Shown here piece by piece: positions 23,981 to 32,000 of a stretch of DNA of 32,000 bases. Where the stretch lies: contig AE017199.1 in assembly GCA_000008085.1 (NCBI GenBank), positions 390,001 through 422,000 of the forward strand, read 5' to 3'. Source of the DNA: Nanoarchaeum equitans Kin4-M. Lineage in GTDB: Archaea > Nanobdellota > Nanobdellia > Nanobdellales > Nanoarchaeaceae. The first letter of the stretch is position 1. Each line of letters starts with the position of its first letter. The translations under genes were made by a program, and so were the position numbers. The notes beneath the pieces were generated by a model that searched no databases, was not told the DNA's origin, and saw only the letters and a program-made list of their open reading frames with translations.

Positions 23981-25315
23981 ATGAAAATAGAAGTAAGAGC
24001 TGTAGGGGGTTATAACGAAATAGGCGCTAATATGACAGCTATTGGAATAGATGACGAATGGCTAATAATAGATATGGGTGTGCATGTCGATAAAATGTTA
24101 GCATTTCAAAAAGACCAAGAAGAAGTTGTAGAATGGAATAGGGAATTATTAGAAAAAATAAACGCTTTACCAAAAATAGAGTATATAGAGGATATAAAAG
24201 ATAAAGTTAAGGCAATACTAATTACGCATGGCCATTTAGACCATATAGGAGCAGTAATACATTTGGCTTATGAATTTAATGCTCCAATTATCGGCCCACC
24301 CTATGCCATAGAATTAATAAGATCTTTCGAAAAGGATTATAAAATAATATTGCCAAACGAAATGAAAAAGATAAACCTTAATTCCTCTATACAAATTAGC
24401 GATAAAATAAGTGTAGATTTCATTTACGCAACCCATTCCATACCGCATAGCGCCCATTTGGCTATACATACTCCAAAAGGAGTAATATTCTTCTCGGGAG
24501 ATTATAAATTCGACAATTTCCCAGTAATAGGGCAAAGGTATAATTTAGAAAAACTGAAAGAGATAGCTAAAGAAGGGGTAATATTAGCATTTATTGAATC
24601 CACTAGGGCAGACGAAGATAAAAGAAGCTATAGCGAGATAATTGCTAGGGAAATGCTTAGAGATGTTTTATTCGAAGAGCATGAAGGGTTAATAATAATG
24701 ACTACTTTTTCTAGCCACATAGCGAGATTAAAATCCATGGTTGAACTAAGCTTAGAATTGGATAGAGATGTGTATATATTAGGAAGAAGTATGGTAAAAA
24801 ATGTTGAAATCGCTGAAAAACTTGGAATATACAAGTTTAGCGATAAGGCTAAAATATATCAATACCATGACCAAATCGCTAGGCTATTAAAAAAGATTGA
24901 TGATAGATCTAAATATGCACTAATTGTTACAGGCAACCAAGGAGAGCCCGGTAGCGTTCTATGGAGGATGGCTTTTGAGAAATTCCCATTTAGGTTAGAC
25001 AAAAAAGATACTGTTATATTTAGTTGCTTTACAATACCAAATGCTATAAATATTGCTTTTAGAAACCTAATAGAGGAAAAAATAAAATCTTTTGGTACTA
25101 GAATAATAAAAGATGTCCATGTCTCTGGCCATGCAATGAGGGACGACCATTATAGACTAATAAAGATACTAAAGCCCCAAATAATAATCCCAAACCATGG
25201 AGATTTTATAAAAAGAGGAGCATTAGCAGATTTGGCGATGAACGAATTTGGTTATTCTTTAGGGAAAGATTTATTTTTAATACAAAATGGGCAAAGAATA
25301 AATTTTGAGTTCTAA
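23981..25315 (+). CDS. rnj: archaeal RNase J (metallo-beta-lactamase / beta-CASP ribonuclease)
   Basis: VGGYNEIGANMTAI, ITHGHLDHIGAV (HxHxDH) and a C-terminal HVSGHA. The size is about 444 aa. Confidence 0.8.
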   Translation: MKIEVRAVGGYNEIGANMTAIGIDDEWLIIDMGVHVDKMLAFQKDQEEVVEWNRELLEKINALPKIEYIEDIKDKVKAILITHGHLDHIGAVIHLAYEFNAPIIGPPYAIELIRSFEKDYKIILPNEMKKINLNSSIQISDKISVDFIYATHSIPHSAHLAIHTPKGVIFFSGDYKFDNFPVIGQRYNLEKLKEIAKEGVILAFIESTRADEDKRSYSEIIAREMLRDVLFEEHEGLIIMTTFSSHIARLKSMVELSLELDRDVYILGRSMVKNVEIAEKLGIYKFSDKAKIYQYHDQIARLLKKIDDRSKYALIVTGNQGEPGSVLWRMAFEKFPFRLDKKDTVIFSCFTIPNAINIAFRNLIEEKIKSFGTRIIKDVHVSGHAMRDDHYRLIKILKPQIIIPNHGDFIKRGALADLAMNEFGYSLGKDLFLIQNGQRINFEF

Positions 25316-25316
25316 T

Positions 25317-25778
25317 TTATTTCTTCTTTATTACCCCAACAGTTCTGCCTTTTCTATGGTGGCTTCTAGTCCTTTGCCCTCTAACAGGGAGACCTTCTCT
25401 ATGTCTATAACCTCTCCAAGAGTTGATTTGCATTTCCCTTTTAATATCGAATTCCATTGTAATTTTGTAATCGTTTCCTACCAAATGTAAGTCTTTTCCA
25501 GTTTCTGGGTCTCTCCTTCTATTATATAACCAAGAAGGTATCCCATATTTCCATGGGTTTCTTAATGCGTCTTCCAATTTTTCTAACTCTTCATCACTCA
25601 AAGAACCAATTTTTCTCCATTTGTCAATTCCTAAAGCTGCACAAACAGCATGGGCAAACATCCAATTTACTCCAACAACTTTCCTTAGCTCTACATATAT
25701 AGGTTTGTGTCCATCTAAATCCACATCCGCTATATGGACTATATCTTTAGTTACCTCTCCATAGGGTTTTTTGGCCAT
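25317..25778 (-). CDS. rps13: 30S ribosomal protein uS13
   Basis: IADVDLDGHKPIYVELRKVVGV... and WRGYRHREGLPVRGQRTRSHHRKGRTVGV. Confidence 0.9.
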   Translation of the reverse strand: MAKKPYGEVTKDIVHIADVDLDGHKPIYVELRKVVGVNWMFAHAVCAALGIDKWRKIGSLSDEELEKLEDALRNPWKYGIPSWLYNRRRDPETGKDLHLVGNDYKITMEFDIKREMQINSWRGYRHREGLPVRGQRTRSHHRKGRTVGVIKKK

Positions 25779-25809
25779 TCATAAAATGCTAAACAAAAAT
25801 TTAATAATA

Positions 25810-26991
25810 TTAGGGGTATAACCAACTCTTTAAAGATTTTATAACATCTTTTGCTTTATTCTCAAATCCTGAAGACAAAACATCTAAATCGTATAATGAG
25901 TATACTTCGCTAACATTTCCTGCAGTTCCATTGGTGTCATCTTCACATTGCTCAAAACTTTTGTCATTCATTATCAAAGATATCGTGGGCTCTGCTATTT
26001 TATATCTAAATGGATATGCATAGATAATATCCAATTTCGCTTTTTTACCTAAAACTATGTCTGTACCTTCAATATCATTATCGTTACATTGTAATTTAGT
26101 ATTGTTAGCAGTTAAACTACATTCCAAAGCCTCATTAAATGGACCCGAATCTTTTATATAAGTATAACTCTTAATGGTGTATGTATTGTTTTTATCATCA
26201 TGTGTTCCATCTGATATCGTTACGTTACAACATTTTGTGATGTCTTGCCCATTTAATAATACTTTCACAACAAGGGCGTCTTTTAGATCATTACCATCTT
26301 TTATTGGAATAACATTGTTGTTTTTGTTAAACTTAATTATAATTTTGTAATCATTGTATATCGATTCTATTTTCACATTTGTATTAACATCAGAAGGTAA
26401 AGAGAATTTTTTTGATACATCTCCAACATTGCAATTACCCATCGGGGAATCTTTGTGTTTAGCAACTCTCGTACATACTTCATATTCTTCTATGCCTCCT
26501 ATTACTCCAACCAAATATATCGGAATAGTTAATTCAGGTGTTTGTAAATAAGAAGTATCTATTTGGAACATCACATAATATGGCACAGTGTTTTTCTCTT
26601 TTAAACCAACATATACTGCTTTGCTAATATCTTTCTTAAAAGTAAACTTATTCATATAGTAAGTGGTGCTTCCACTGGTTGCTGTGTTTGTTACTCCCTT
26701 TTCAGATTTCAAAGCCCTACTACATAAAACATTATCCACAAAAAGATAAACACTGTCATTAGTTAAATTAATAGGCAAATGGTTATTTATTCTCATAGGA
26801 ATGGGTATTTTTTGTCCTAGGTTAACCATATAACTATTTTTTCCTTCATAAGTTATAGAAACTGCGTTACCAGAACTATAATATGTTTGTTCCTCCGTAG
26901 TATTATTTATTGGTTCTACTTGGGGTTGGTTGCTTAGATTTACGCAACCAGAAAGCATAAATAATATGCCTAATAGTAATAGATAATACAT
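25810..26991 (-). CDS. secreted protein with a lipobox-type signal peptide
   Basis: I moved the start from TTG 27006 to ATG 26991 (MYYLLLLGILFMLSGC, lipobox L-S-G-C), because palindromic TTTAAA at 27012-27017 is exactly 26 nt upstream of 26991. The protein is Asn/Thr-rich with scattered Cys. Confidence 0.7.
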   Translation of the reverse strand: MYYLLLLGILFMLSGCVNLSNQPQVEPINNTTEEQTYYSSGNAVSITYEGKNSYMVNLGQKIPIPMRINNHLPINLTNDSVYLFVDNVLCSRALKSEKGVTNTATSGSTTYYMNKFTFKKDISKAVYVGLKEKNTVPYYVMFQIDTSYLQTPELTIPIYLVGVIGGIEEYEVCTRVAKHKDSPMGNCNVGDVSKKFSLPSDVNTNVKIESIYNDYKIIIKFNKNNNVIPIKDGNDLKDALVVKVLLNGQDITKCCNVTISDGTHDDKNNTYTIKSYTYIKDSGPFNEALECSLTANNTKLQCNDNDIEGTDIVLGKKAKLDIIYAYPFRYKIAEPTISLIMNDKSFEQCEDDTNGTAGNVSEVYSLYDLDVLSSGFENKAKDVIKSLKSWLYP

Positions 26992-27011
26992 ATTTATTTT
27001 TCGCAATCTTA

Positions 27012-27017
27012 TTTAAA
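27012..27017 (-). promoter_or_regulatory. TATA box for the lipobox protein gene
   Basis: TTTAAA lies 26 nt upstream of ATG 26991, immediately after the tRNA-Asn 3' end. Confidence 0.6.
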
Positions 27018-27024
27018 TATATAG

Positions 27025-27098
27025 CGCCCGGGCCCGGATTCGAACCGGGGACCTGCCGGTTAACAGCCGGCCGCTCTACCGGGCTGAGCTACCCGGGC
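27025..27098 (-). tRNA. tRNA-Asn (GUU)
   Basis: GCCCGGG/UA/GCUC-AGCCCGGUA-GAGC/G/GCCGG-CUGUUAA-CCGGC/AGGUC/CCCGG-UUCGAAU-CCGGG/CCCGGGC/G. No CCA is encoded. Confidence 0.95.
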
Positions 27099-27118
27099 AG
27101 AGAGTAATGTAATAACAT

Positions 27119-27124
27119 TTTAAA
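27119..27124 (-). promoter_or_regulatory. TATA box for tRNA-Asn
   Basis: Minus-strand TTTTTAAAA. The TTTAAA core starts 26 nt upstream of tRNA +1 (27098). Confidence 0.7.
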
Positions 27125-27136
27125 AACATTATTACC

Positions 27137-27142
27137 TTTAAA
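27137..27142 (+). promoter_or_regulatory. TATA box for leaderless rps8e
   Basis: TTTAAA starts 26 nt upstream of the A of ATG 27163. Confidence 0.65.
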
Positions 27143-27162
27143 TGCAATAGAAATTAACTTGG

Positions 27163-27546
27163 ATGGCTTACCCCTACCAAGGGAGAGACAATAGACTAAT
27201 TACTGGGAGAATCCATCCTAGGGCTAGAAAAAAGAGAAAATATGAATTGGGTAGAGAACCCACATTTACTAGGGTAGGAGAAAGGAAAATTAAGAAAATT
27301 AGGGTTAGAGGGGGAAATATAAAGATAAGATTGAAAAGAGATATGTATGTTAATGTGTATGACCCTACCCAAGGAAAAACAGTAAAAGCAAAAATAGTTA
27401 GATTTTTAGATAACCCCTCAAATAGAAATTTTGCGAGAATGGGTATACTAACTAAAGGGGCTATAGTCGAAACAGAATTGGGCAAAGTCAAAATAACTTC
27501 TCGTCCAGGCCAAGATGGTGTATTAAATGGTGTTTTGATTCAATAA
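27163..27546 (+). CDS. rps8e: 30S ribosomal protein S8e (eS8)
   Basis: GRDNRLITGRIHPRARKKRKYELGREP...RVRGGNIKIRLKR...NPSNRNFARMGILTKGAIVETELG. Confidence 0.9.
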   Translation: MAYPYQGRDNRLITGRIHPRARKKRKYELGREPTFTRVGERKIKKIRVRGGNIKIRLKRDMYVNVYDPTQGKTVKAKIVRFLDNPSNRNFARMGILTKGAIVETELGKVKITSRPGQDGVLNGVLIQ

Positions 27547-27668
27547 ACACACCAAATCTCCAAAAATTGATGAACCTAAGCTAAGGAAAATTATTCCAGT
27601 AAAGGTTTTCCCTTCGTATAATGATACAAACCCTTTATAGAATAAAACTATAGACAAAGCCAAAATCG

Positions 27669-28091
27669 CTATTGCAAATACCTTTCTAACCATAAAACAA
27701 TTATTCCCAAAACAATATAAAAGCTTAACTTTTTTATTGATGTTCTTTTATTCCTAAATAGCAAAGCTGTATTGTATAGCAAAAAGATTGCTAAAAAAGT
27801 TTCATAGATAGGATATAACATATCGCAAAATATTTCGCAAGGTAATGGCCTTTTAATTAAAACTAGGAATAAATAAAAAACCATTAAATAAAACAAAAAT
27901 GCACTATTTAAATGGATTCTTGTAAAGTTTATGTTTTTTAGAATGGCTAAGAAAAGCATATTATTATAAGCCAGTATAAGGTAATCAAATACAAAAGCCA
28001 AACCTATAGCGTAAGGGCTTATCTTATATACTAAATAAGCGGTTATGAGATAATATATTATTCTAAGAAAGACCAGCTTTTTCTCGAACAT
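27669..28091 (-). CDS. hypothetical polytopic membrane protein
   Basis: 140 aa, strongly hydrophobic with several predicted helices. It overlaps the upstream gene by 29 nt, so it is probably in the same operon. Confidence 0.55.
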   Translation of the reverse strand: MFEKKLVFLRIIYYLITAYLVYKISPYAIGLAFVFDYLILAYNNMLFLAILKNINFTRIHLNSAFLFYLMVFYLFLVLIKRPLPCEIFCDMLYPIYETFLAIFLLYNTALLFRNKRTSIKKLSFYIVLGIIVLWLERYLQ

Positions 28092-28539
28092 TGTTGATTA
28101 TGGGAGATAATGCTAAGGTAAAAACTATATATGCTAAAAACAAAGATATTGTTCCTCCTATGAATGGCAATTCAATTTTGAAATTTTCCCACACATTGCC
28201 CTTTAATAAGCCTAACAAAGATAAACCAATTATAAACAAAGCCATATTTGCGAACATATATTTTTTCATTATTTCTTGTTTTTTGTTGTAAATCTCTATG
28301 ATTTTGTCTTGTTTAACTAATGCTAAAAATGGGTTTTTTTGTATCTCTTTCAATTCTTGGTTTATTTTTTTTATTTCCTCCGTATCAATTAAGATTGCTC
28401 CCAATAATAAGGATAAACCGTTGAGCAATAATACAGCACCAATAGCTATTAAAAGCAAACCCCAATTAACATTGCCTCCTAAGAAATAGTTTACTAAAAT
28501 ATAAGCAATCAAAAATAGTATGAAACTATATTGTTTCAT
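28063..28539 (-). CDS. membrane protein, possibly a DUF106/EMC3-like (archaeal YidC-like) insertase
   Basis: TM helix, then a charged coiled segment (DTEEIKKINQELKEIQKN...NKKQEIMKKYMFANM), then two TM helices. This layout is like archaeal DUF106 proteins. The assignment is from memory only. Confidence 0.35.
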   Translation of the reverse strand: MKQYSFILFLIAYILVNYFLGGNVNWGLLLIAIGAVLLLNGLSLLLGAILIDTEEIKKINQELKEIQKNPFLALVKQDKIIEIYNKKQEIMKKYMFANMALFIIGLSLLGLLKGNVWENFKIELPFIGGTISLFLAYIVFTLALSPIINNVREKAGLS

Positions 28540-29146
28540 TTTGATTTTCCTTTAGCTCATTTAAGAATTTTTCTTTATTCTCTATCCATTTATCTATATC
28601 GATTAGTGTAACAGTTTTTGCCACATTTATTGATAAATTATTTCCTATAATAAATTGTTCCCCTCCCAATTCATGTATATGCCCATGTATATGCAATAGC
28701 AATTCTTTGTTTTCAAGTATGTCCCTTAATCTTACAGAACCTGGTATAAAATCTATACCATCAGGATGTTCATGCGTTACTAATATAGTATTAGAATCGA
28801 TTAATGGCTCTATTTCATTATATTCATCTTCACTAATAAAATATGGTCCTACCGTTGCGAATCCCATGCCTACTAAATTAAATTTGCCAAAGTCTATCCT
28901 TTTTTTATGAATAGAATGGACATTACTGTATTGTTCTGTCAATCTTTCTATAAACTCTGGAGGATCGTTGTTGCCTGGTATAATATAAAAGTCCTTATCG
29001 ATTTCAAATAAATTCAAATCAAAATTTCCACCATAATCAACCAAATCCCCAGCGATAACAATCATATCTGCATTTTCTGCTTCTTTTTTGATTTCTTTCT
29101 CAAGGGTTTTGCTATTATGTATGTCAGATGTAAATAATATTTTCAT
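28526..29146 (-). CDS. calcineurin-like metallophosphoesterase
   Basis: MKILFTSDIHNS, VIAGDLVDYG, GNNDPP, THEHP and HGHIHE follow the DxH / GD / GNH(D/E) / H / GH ligand order. Confidence 0.8.
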   Translation of the reverse strand: MKILFTSDIHNSKTLEKEIKKEAENADMIVIAGDLVDYGGNFDLNLFEIDKDFYIIPGNNDPPEFIERLTEQYSNVHSIHKKRIDFGKFNLVGMGFATVGPYFISEDEYNEIEPLIDSNTILVTHEHPDGIDFIPGSVRLRDILENKELLLHIHGHIHELGGEQFIIGNNLSINVAKTVTLIDIDKWIENKEKFLNELKENQNETI

Positions 29147-29174
29147 CCAAATTAAGGATTAAGCAAAATAAAAA

Positions 29175-29223
29175 CGGGCAGCCACGGGGAACCCCGCATG
29201 CTAGGCCGCTACACCACGGGGCT
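29175..29223 (-). tRNA. split-tRNA 5' half-like gene (acceptor 5' strand, D-arm, 5' anticodon-stem strand, GC-rich 3' tail); isotype unresolved
   Basis: The minus strand reads AGCCCCG/UG/GUGU-AGCGGCCUA-GCAU/G/CGGGG/UUCCCC/GUGGCUGCCCG and then UUUUUAUUUU. No T-arm is present. A TTTTTAAA box lies exactly 28/26 nt upstream of A29223. Confidence 0.65.
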
Positions 29224-29243
29224 AGAGGTTTAGTAAGTGTACA

Positions 29244-29251
29244 TTTAAAAA
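29244..29251. promoter_or_regulatory. TATA box for the tRNA 5' half (minus strand); possibly also fires toward ftsZ
   Basis: The palindromic TTTAAA core at 29244-29249 is 26 nt upstream of 29223 on the minus strand. On the plus strand it would start a roughly 80-nt ftsZ leader near 29270. Confidence 0.6.
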
Positions 29252-29349
29252 TTTTTACCGTATAGCCATTTCTCAGTAGTTTTATTTGTGAATAAAACGA
29301 AATAAGCAACCTATAATTAATATTATTAAATAAGGAGGTTTAAAAATTT

Positions 29350-30414
29350 ATGGTGATGGACGATATCCTAAAAGAGGCACTAGAAACAATGAAAGACATA
29401 AATCTATCAAAAGCGAGAGCAGCAAACATAAAAGTTGTAGGTGTGGGCGGTGCAGGATGCAATATAATAGAATGGCTATACAAAAAGAAGATAGAGAATG
29501 TTGATCTAATAGCAATGAATACTGATGCAGTGCATTTAAAAAGTATGAAGGTTGATCCTGAAAGAGTAAAAAGAATACTTTTAGGACCAGATATTACAAA
29601 GGGCCATGGTGCTGGTGGTAAACCAGAAGTCGCCGAACAAGCCGCTAGAGAGAGTGCCAAAGAGATAAAGCAATTATTAGAAGGGGCAGACTTAGTTTGG
29701 GTAGTTGCTGGCATGGGAGGAGGTACAGGCACAGGAGCAGCCCCAGTAGTAGCAGAAATAGCCCAAAATGTTGGAGCTTTAGTAACAAGTTTCGCTATAA
29801 CCCCATTTAGATTTGAAGGGAGAAGATTACAAATAGCTTGGGAAGGGATTAGAAGGTTAACAGAATTTAGTAATACCACAGTTATATTAGATAACAATAA
29901 GCTATTCGAAGTAGCAAGAGGTTTAAATGTGCAACAAGCTTTTGCTTTGTCTAATGAATTGGTAGCACAAACAGTAAGTGGGGTAGTAGAGATAGTAACT
30001 GGGGCCGCAGATATAAATAGAGATTTAGCAGACATAAAAGCTATTATGGAAGAAGGACATGTCGCTGCTATTGGTATTGGAGAATCCTCTAGTGAGAATA
30101 GACTAATAGAAGCAGTAACTAGGGCCATAAAACATCCATTGTTAGATGTAGATGTTAAGGGCGCCAAAGGTGCTTTAATCTATATAACAGCAGGGCCAGA
30201 TTTTAAAATAGATGAACTAAAATCGTTGGAAACATTTGTTAAAAATAATTTAGACAGTAACGCCTATGTTAGCTGGGGTTTAAAAATAAGAGAAGACTTC
30301 GGCGAAAAAGTAAGAGTAATAGCAATAGTTACTGGAGTAAAAAGCCCCTATATAATTGGTAAAGACTTTATATCAAGAAAAAAAGATGAGTATGGAATAG
30401 ATAAAATTTTGTAA
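29350..30414 (+). CDS. ftsZ: cell division GTPase FtsZ
   Basis: VVGVGGAGCN, NTDAVHL and AGMGGGTGTGAAPVVAEIA (tubulin signature GGGTGTG). AAGGAGGT at 29332-29339 lies 10 nt upstream of ATG. Confidence 0.95.
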   Translation: MVMDDILKEALETMKDINLSKARAANIKVVGVGGAGCNIIEWLYKKKIENVDLIAMNTDAVHLKSMKVDPERVKRILLGPDITKGHGAGGKPEVAEQAARESAKEIKQLLEGADLVWVVAGMGGGTGTGAAPVVAEIAQNVGALVTSFAITPFRFEGRRLQIAWEGIRRLTEFSNTTVILDNNKLFEVARGLNVQQAFALSNELVAQTVSGVVEIVTGAADINRDLADIKAIMEEGHVAAIGIGESSSENRLIEAVTRAIKHPLLDVDVKGAKGALIYITAGPDFKIDELKSLETFVKNNLDSNAYVSWGLKIREDFGEKVRVIAIVTGVKSPYIIGKDFISRKKDEYGIDKIL

Positions 30415-30476
30415 AACCAGTTTAGCATAATTTTCGAGAATTTTGTTTGATTAAAACAAAACATTGTTGAAATATA

Positions 30477-30482
30477 TTTAAA
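30477..30482 (+). promoter_or_regulatory. TATA box for leaderless cdc48
   Basis: TTTAAA starts 26 nt upstream of the A of ATG 30503. Confidence 0.65.
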
Positions 30483-30502
30483 GAAAAGCTCTATTGTTGT
30501 GT

Positions 30503-32000
30503 ATGTCCGAAGAAGGAATTAAACTAAAAGTAGCAGAAGCGTACCAAGAAGATGTATATTTAGGAAAAGTAAGAGTAGACTACGATGTTCTAGATAGATT
30601 AGGATTGTCCCCCGGCGATATAATAGAAATAGAAGGAACCAGAAAAACCTATGCTATTGCTGATGTTTTATATCCAGAAGACCAAGGATTAGGTATAATA
30701 AGGATGGATGGTGTAATAAGAAAAAATGCTGGTGTAGGTGTAGGAGAATATGTAATAGTTAGAAAACCACCAAAACCCCAAATAGCGAAAAAAGTAGTAT
30801 TAGCCCCAGTAAAAAAGGAAGAACAAATAATCATTGACGAATACTATTTAAGGAATTTACTAAATGGCTTCGTAGTAACTAAAGGAGACTATGTAGTAGT
30901 TAGGTTTGATAATTTAGGCTTCTTCATCGATTTTCTACCATTAAAAGAGATGTGGTTCAAAGTAGTTTCTACTAACCCACCAAAAGGCCCAGTAATAATA
31001 GGAAGAGATACAATAATTGAAATTAAACCAGGAGGAGTACAAGAAATACCAGAAGTAACTTACGAAGATATTGGGGGAATGAAAGATGTTATACAAAAGG
31101 TTAGGGAATTAGTTGAATTACCCTTAAGACATCCAGAGATATTTGAAAGGTTAGGCATAGAACCTCCAAAGGGAGTTCTATTATACGGGCCTCCAGGTAC
31201 AGGTAAAACATTATTAGCTAAAGCAGTAGCTAACGAGAGTGGAGCATATTTCATTAGCATAAATGGGCCTGAAATAGTAAGTAAATATGTTGGAGAGAGC
31301 GAAGCAAAATTAAGAGAAATATTCGAGGAAGCACAAAAGAATGCCCCTGCCATTATATTTATAGATGAAATAGACGCTATTGCTCCAAAAAGAGATGAAG
31401 CTGTTGGTGAAGTAGAAAGAAGGCTAGTAGCGCAATTGTTAACTCTAATGGACGGTCTTAAATCTAGAGGGAAAGTAATTGTTATCGCTGCTACAAATAG
31501 ACCTAATGCTTTAGACCCCGCTTTAAGAAGGCCCGGTAGATTCGATAGAGAAATAGAAGTACCTGTCCCAAATGAAGAAGCTAGGTATGAAATATTGAAA
31601 GTACATACTAGAAGAGTCCCATTGGGTAAAAGAGTAGTAGAAAAAGTAGATGGCAAAACAGTTGAAAAGTATGTGCCATTAACTAAAGAGGAGAAAGAAC
31701 AATTGTTAAGAAAATTAGCAGCAATGACGCATGGTTTCGTTGGGGCTGATTTGGCAGCCCTAGTTAAAGAAGCAGCTATGAACGCTATTAGAAGAGTAAT
31801 ACCAGACATATTAGCTTTAAAAGAAGAGAAATTGCCTAAAGAATTATTAGAAAAATTAATGGTTACTGAAGAAGACTTCAAAGAAGCATTAAAGATGGTT
31901 ACCCCTTCTGCGATGAGAGAATTCTATATAGAAATACCAAAGGTTAAATGGGAAGATATTGGTGGTTTAGAAGAAGTTAAACAAGAACTAAGAGAAACTG
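30503..32000 (+). CDS. cdc48: AAA+ ATPase Cdc48/VCP (3'-truncated by the window end)
   Basis: This ORF is absent from the track because it has no stop in the window. Translation gives [26 protein letters not shown]... (N domain), then [22 protein letters not shown] (Walker A), [12 protein letters not shown] (Walker B), [22 protein letters not shown], and the start of D2 ([11 protein letters not shown]). Confidence 0.95.
   Translation, partial: MSEEGIKLKVAEAYQEDVYLGKVRVDYDVLDRLGLSPGDIIEIEGTRKTYAIADVLYPEDQGLGIIRMDGVIRKNAGVGVGEYVIVRKPPKPQIAKKVVLAPVKKEEQIIIDEYYLRNLLNGFVVTKGDYVVVRFDNLGFFIDFLPLKEMWFKVVSTNPPKGPVIIGRDTIIEIKPGGVQEIPEVTYEDIGGMKDVIQKVRELVELPLRHPEIFERLGIEPPKGVLLYGPPGTGKTLLAKAVANESGAYFISINGPEIVSKYVGESEAKLREIFEEAQKNAPAIIFIDEIDAIAPKRDEAVGEVERRLVAQLLTLMDGLKSRGKVIVIAATNRPNALDPALRRPGRFDREIEVPVPNEEARYEILKVHTRRVPLGKRVVEKVDGKTVEKYVPLTKEEKEQLLRKLAAMTHGFVGADLAALVKEAAMNAIRRVIPDILALKEEKLPKELLEKLMVTEEDFKEALKMVTPSAMREFYIEIPKVKWEDIGGLEEVKQELRET

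Noticed and set aside
27567-27640. TTGATGA ... AATGATA in the spacer after rps8e as a possible C/D sRNA
   Set aside because: No CTGA occurs anywhere downstream within range, and no GC-rich guide-like segment or TATA box is in register.
19228-29223. Possibility that the 3' tRNA half (19228-19281) and the 5' half (29175-29223) are partners
   Set aside because: The acceptor strands are not complementary (AGCCCCG vs CGGGGGC). The 5' tail CCCCGUGGCUGCCCG pairs with the 3' leader for only about 8 interrupted bp, against the 12 or more expected.
29340-30167. 275-aa minus-strand ORF
   Set aside because: It is antisense to the unambiguous ftsZ CDS. The translation is low-complexity and Ser/Ala/Thr/Ile-rich, typical of a shadow ORF.
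30441-30461. Hairpin ttttgttt-gatta-aaacaaaa between ftsZ and cdc48, and a similar ttttatt-tgtg-aataaaa in the ftsZ leader region (about 29277-29294)
   Set aside because: Both are pure A/T stems of 7-8 bp, expected by chance in this composition and unlikely to be stable at high temperature. The T-runs alone may act as terminator signals.
30649-31881. Minus-strand ORFs 30649..30834 and 31060..31881 (273 aa)
   Set aside because: They are antisense to the cdc48 CDS, which the track omitted because it has no stop in the window. They are shadow ORFs.

Overview
This is a very AT-rich, tightly packed archaeal window in which only the stable RNAs are GC-rich, the pattern of a hyperthermophile with a reduced genome. 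By inference the gene content and RNA biology fit Nanoarchaeota (Nanoarchaeum equitans-like). It holds an unlinked 23S rRNA (about 3967-6978), two intact tRNAs (Pro-UGG, Asn-GUU), and two separately promoted tRNA half-genes: a 3' half consistent with tRNA-His and an unassigned 5' half. There is one clear box C/D sRNA whose two guides both match the 23S rRNA in this window, plus a weaker second candidate. Housekeeping genes recognised from motifs are uS9, uL16/L10e, uS13, eS8, RpoD, Cbf5, MetRS, FtsZ, Cdc48, RNase J, Rio1, Rio2, pyrophosphatase, TatD, AMMECR1, archaemetzincin, a YchF/Ygr210-type GTPase and a protein disulfide oxidoreductase. Accessory content is mostly surface-related: four proteins with class III (type IV pilin-like) signal peptides, a 678-aa Cys-rich secreted protein with two tandem peptide repeat arrays, a lipobox protein, and a small exosortase/archaeosortase-like membrane protein. 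A TTTAAA/TATAAA box sits 26 nt upstream of the first nucleotide of the tRNAs, the tRNA halves and one sRNA, and within 1 nt of -26 of most start codons. Most mRNAs are therefore probably leaderless, and I used this spacing to revise several ORF-track starts. Three divergent gene pairs sit symmetrically around a single palindromic TATA box. Other points: a 53-bp tract identical between rio1 and rio2, and a DUF112/TctA-like membrane gene broken across three frames. The ORF track misses two CDSs that run off the window (2..1411 and 30503..32000). All calls rest on reading the sequence and remembered family motifs; no database search was possible.
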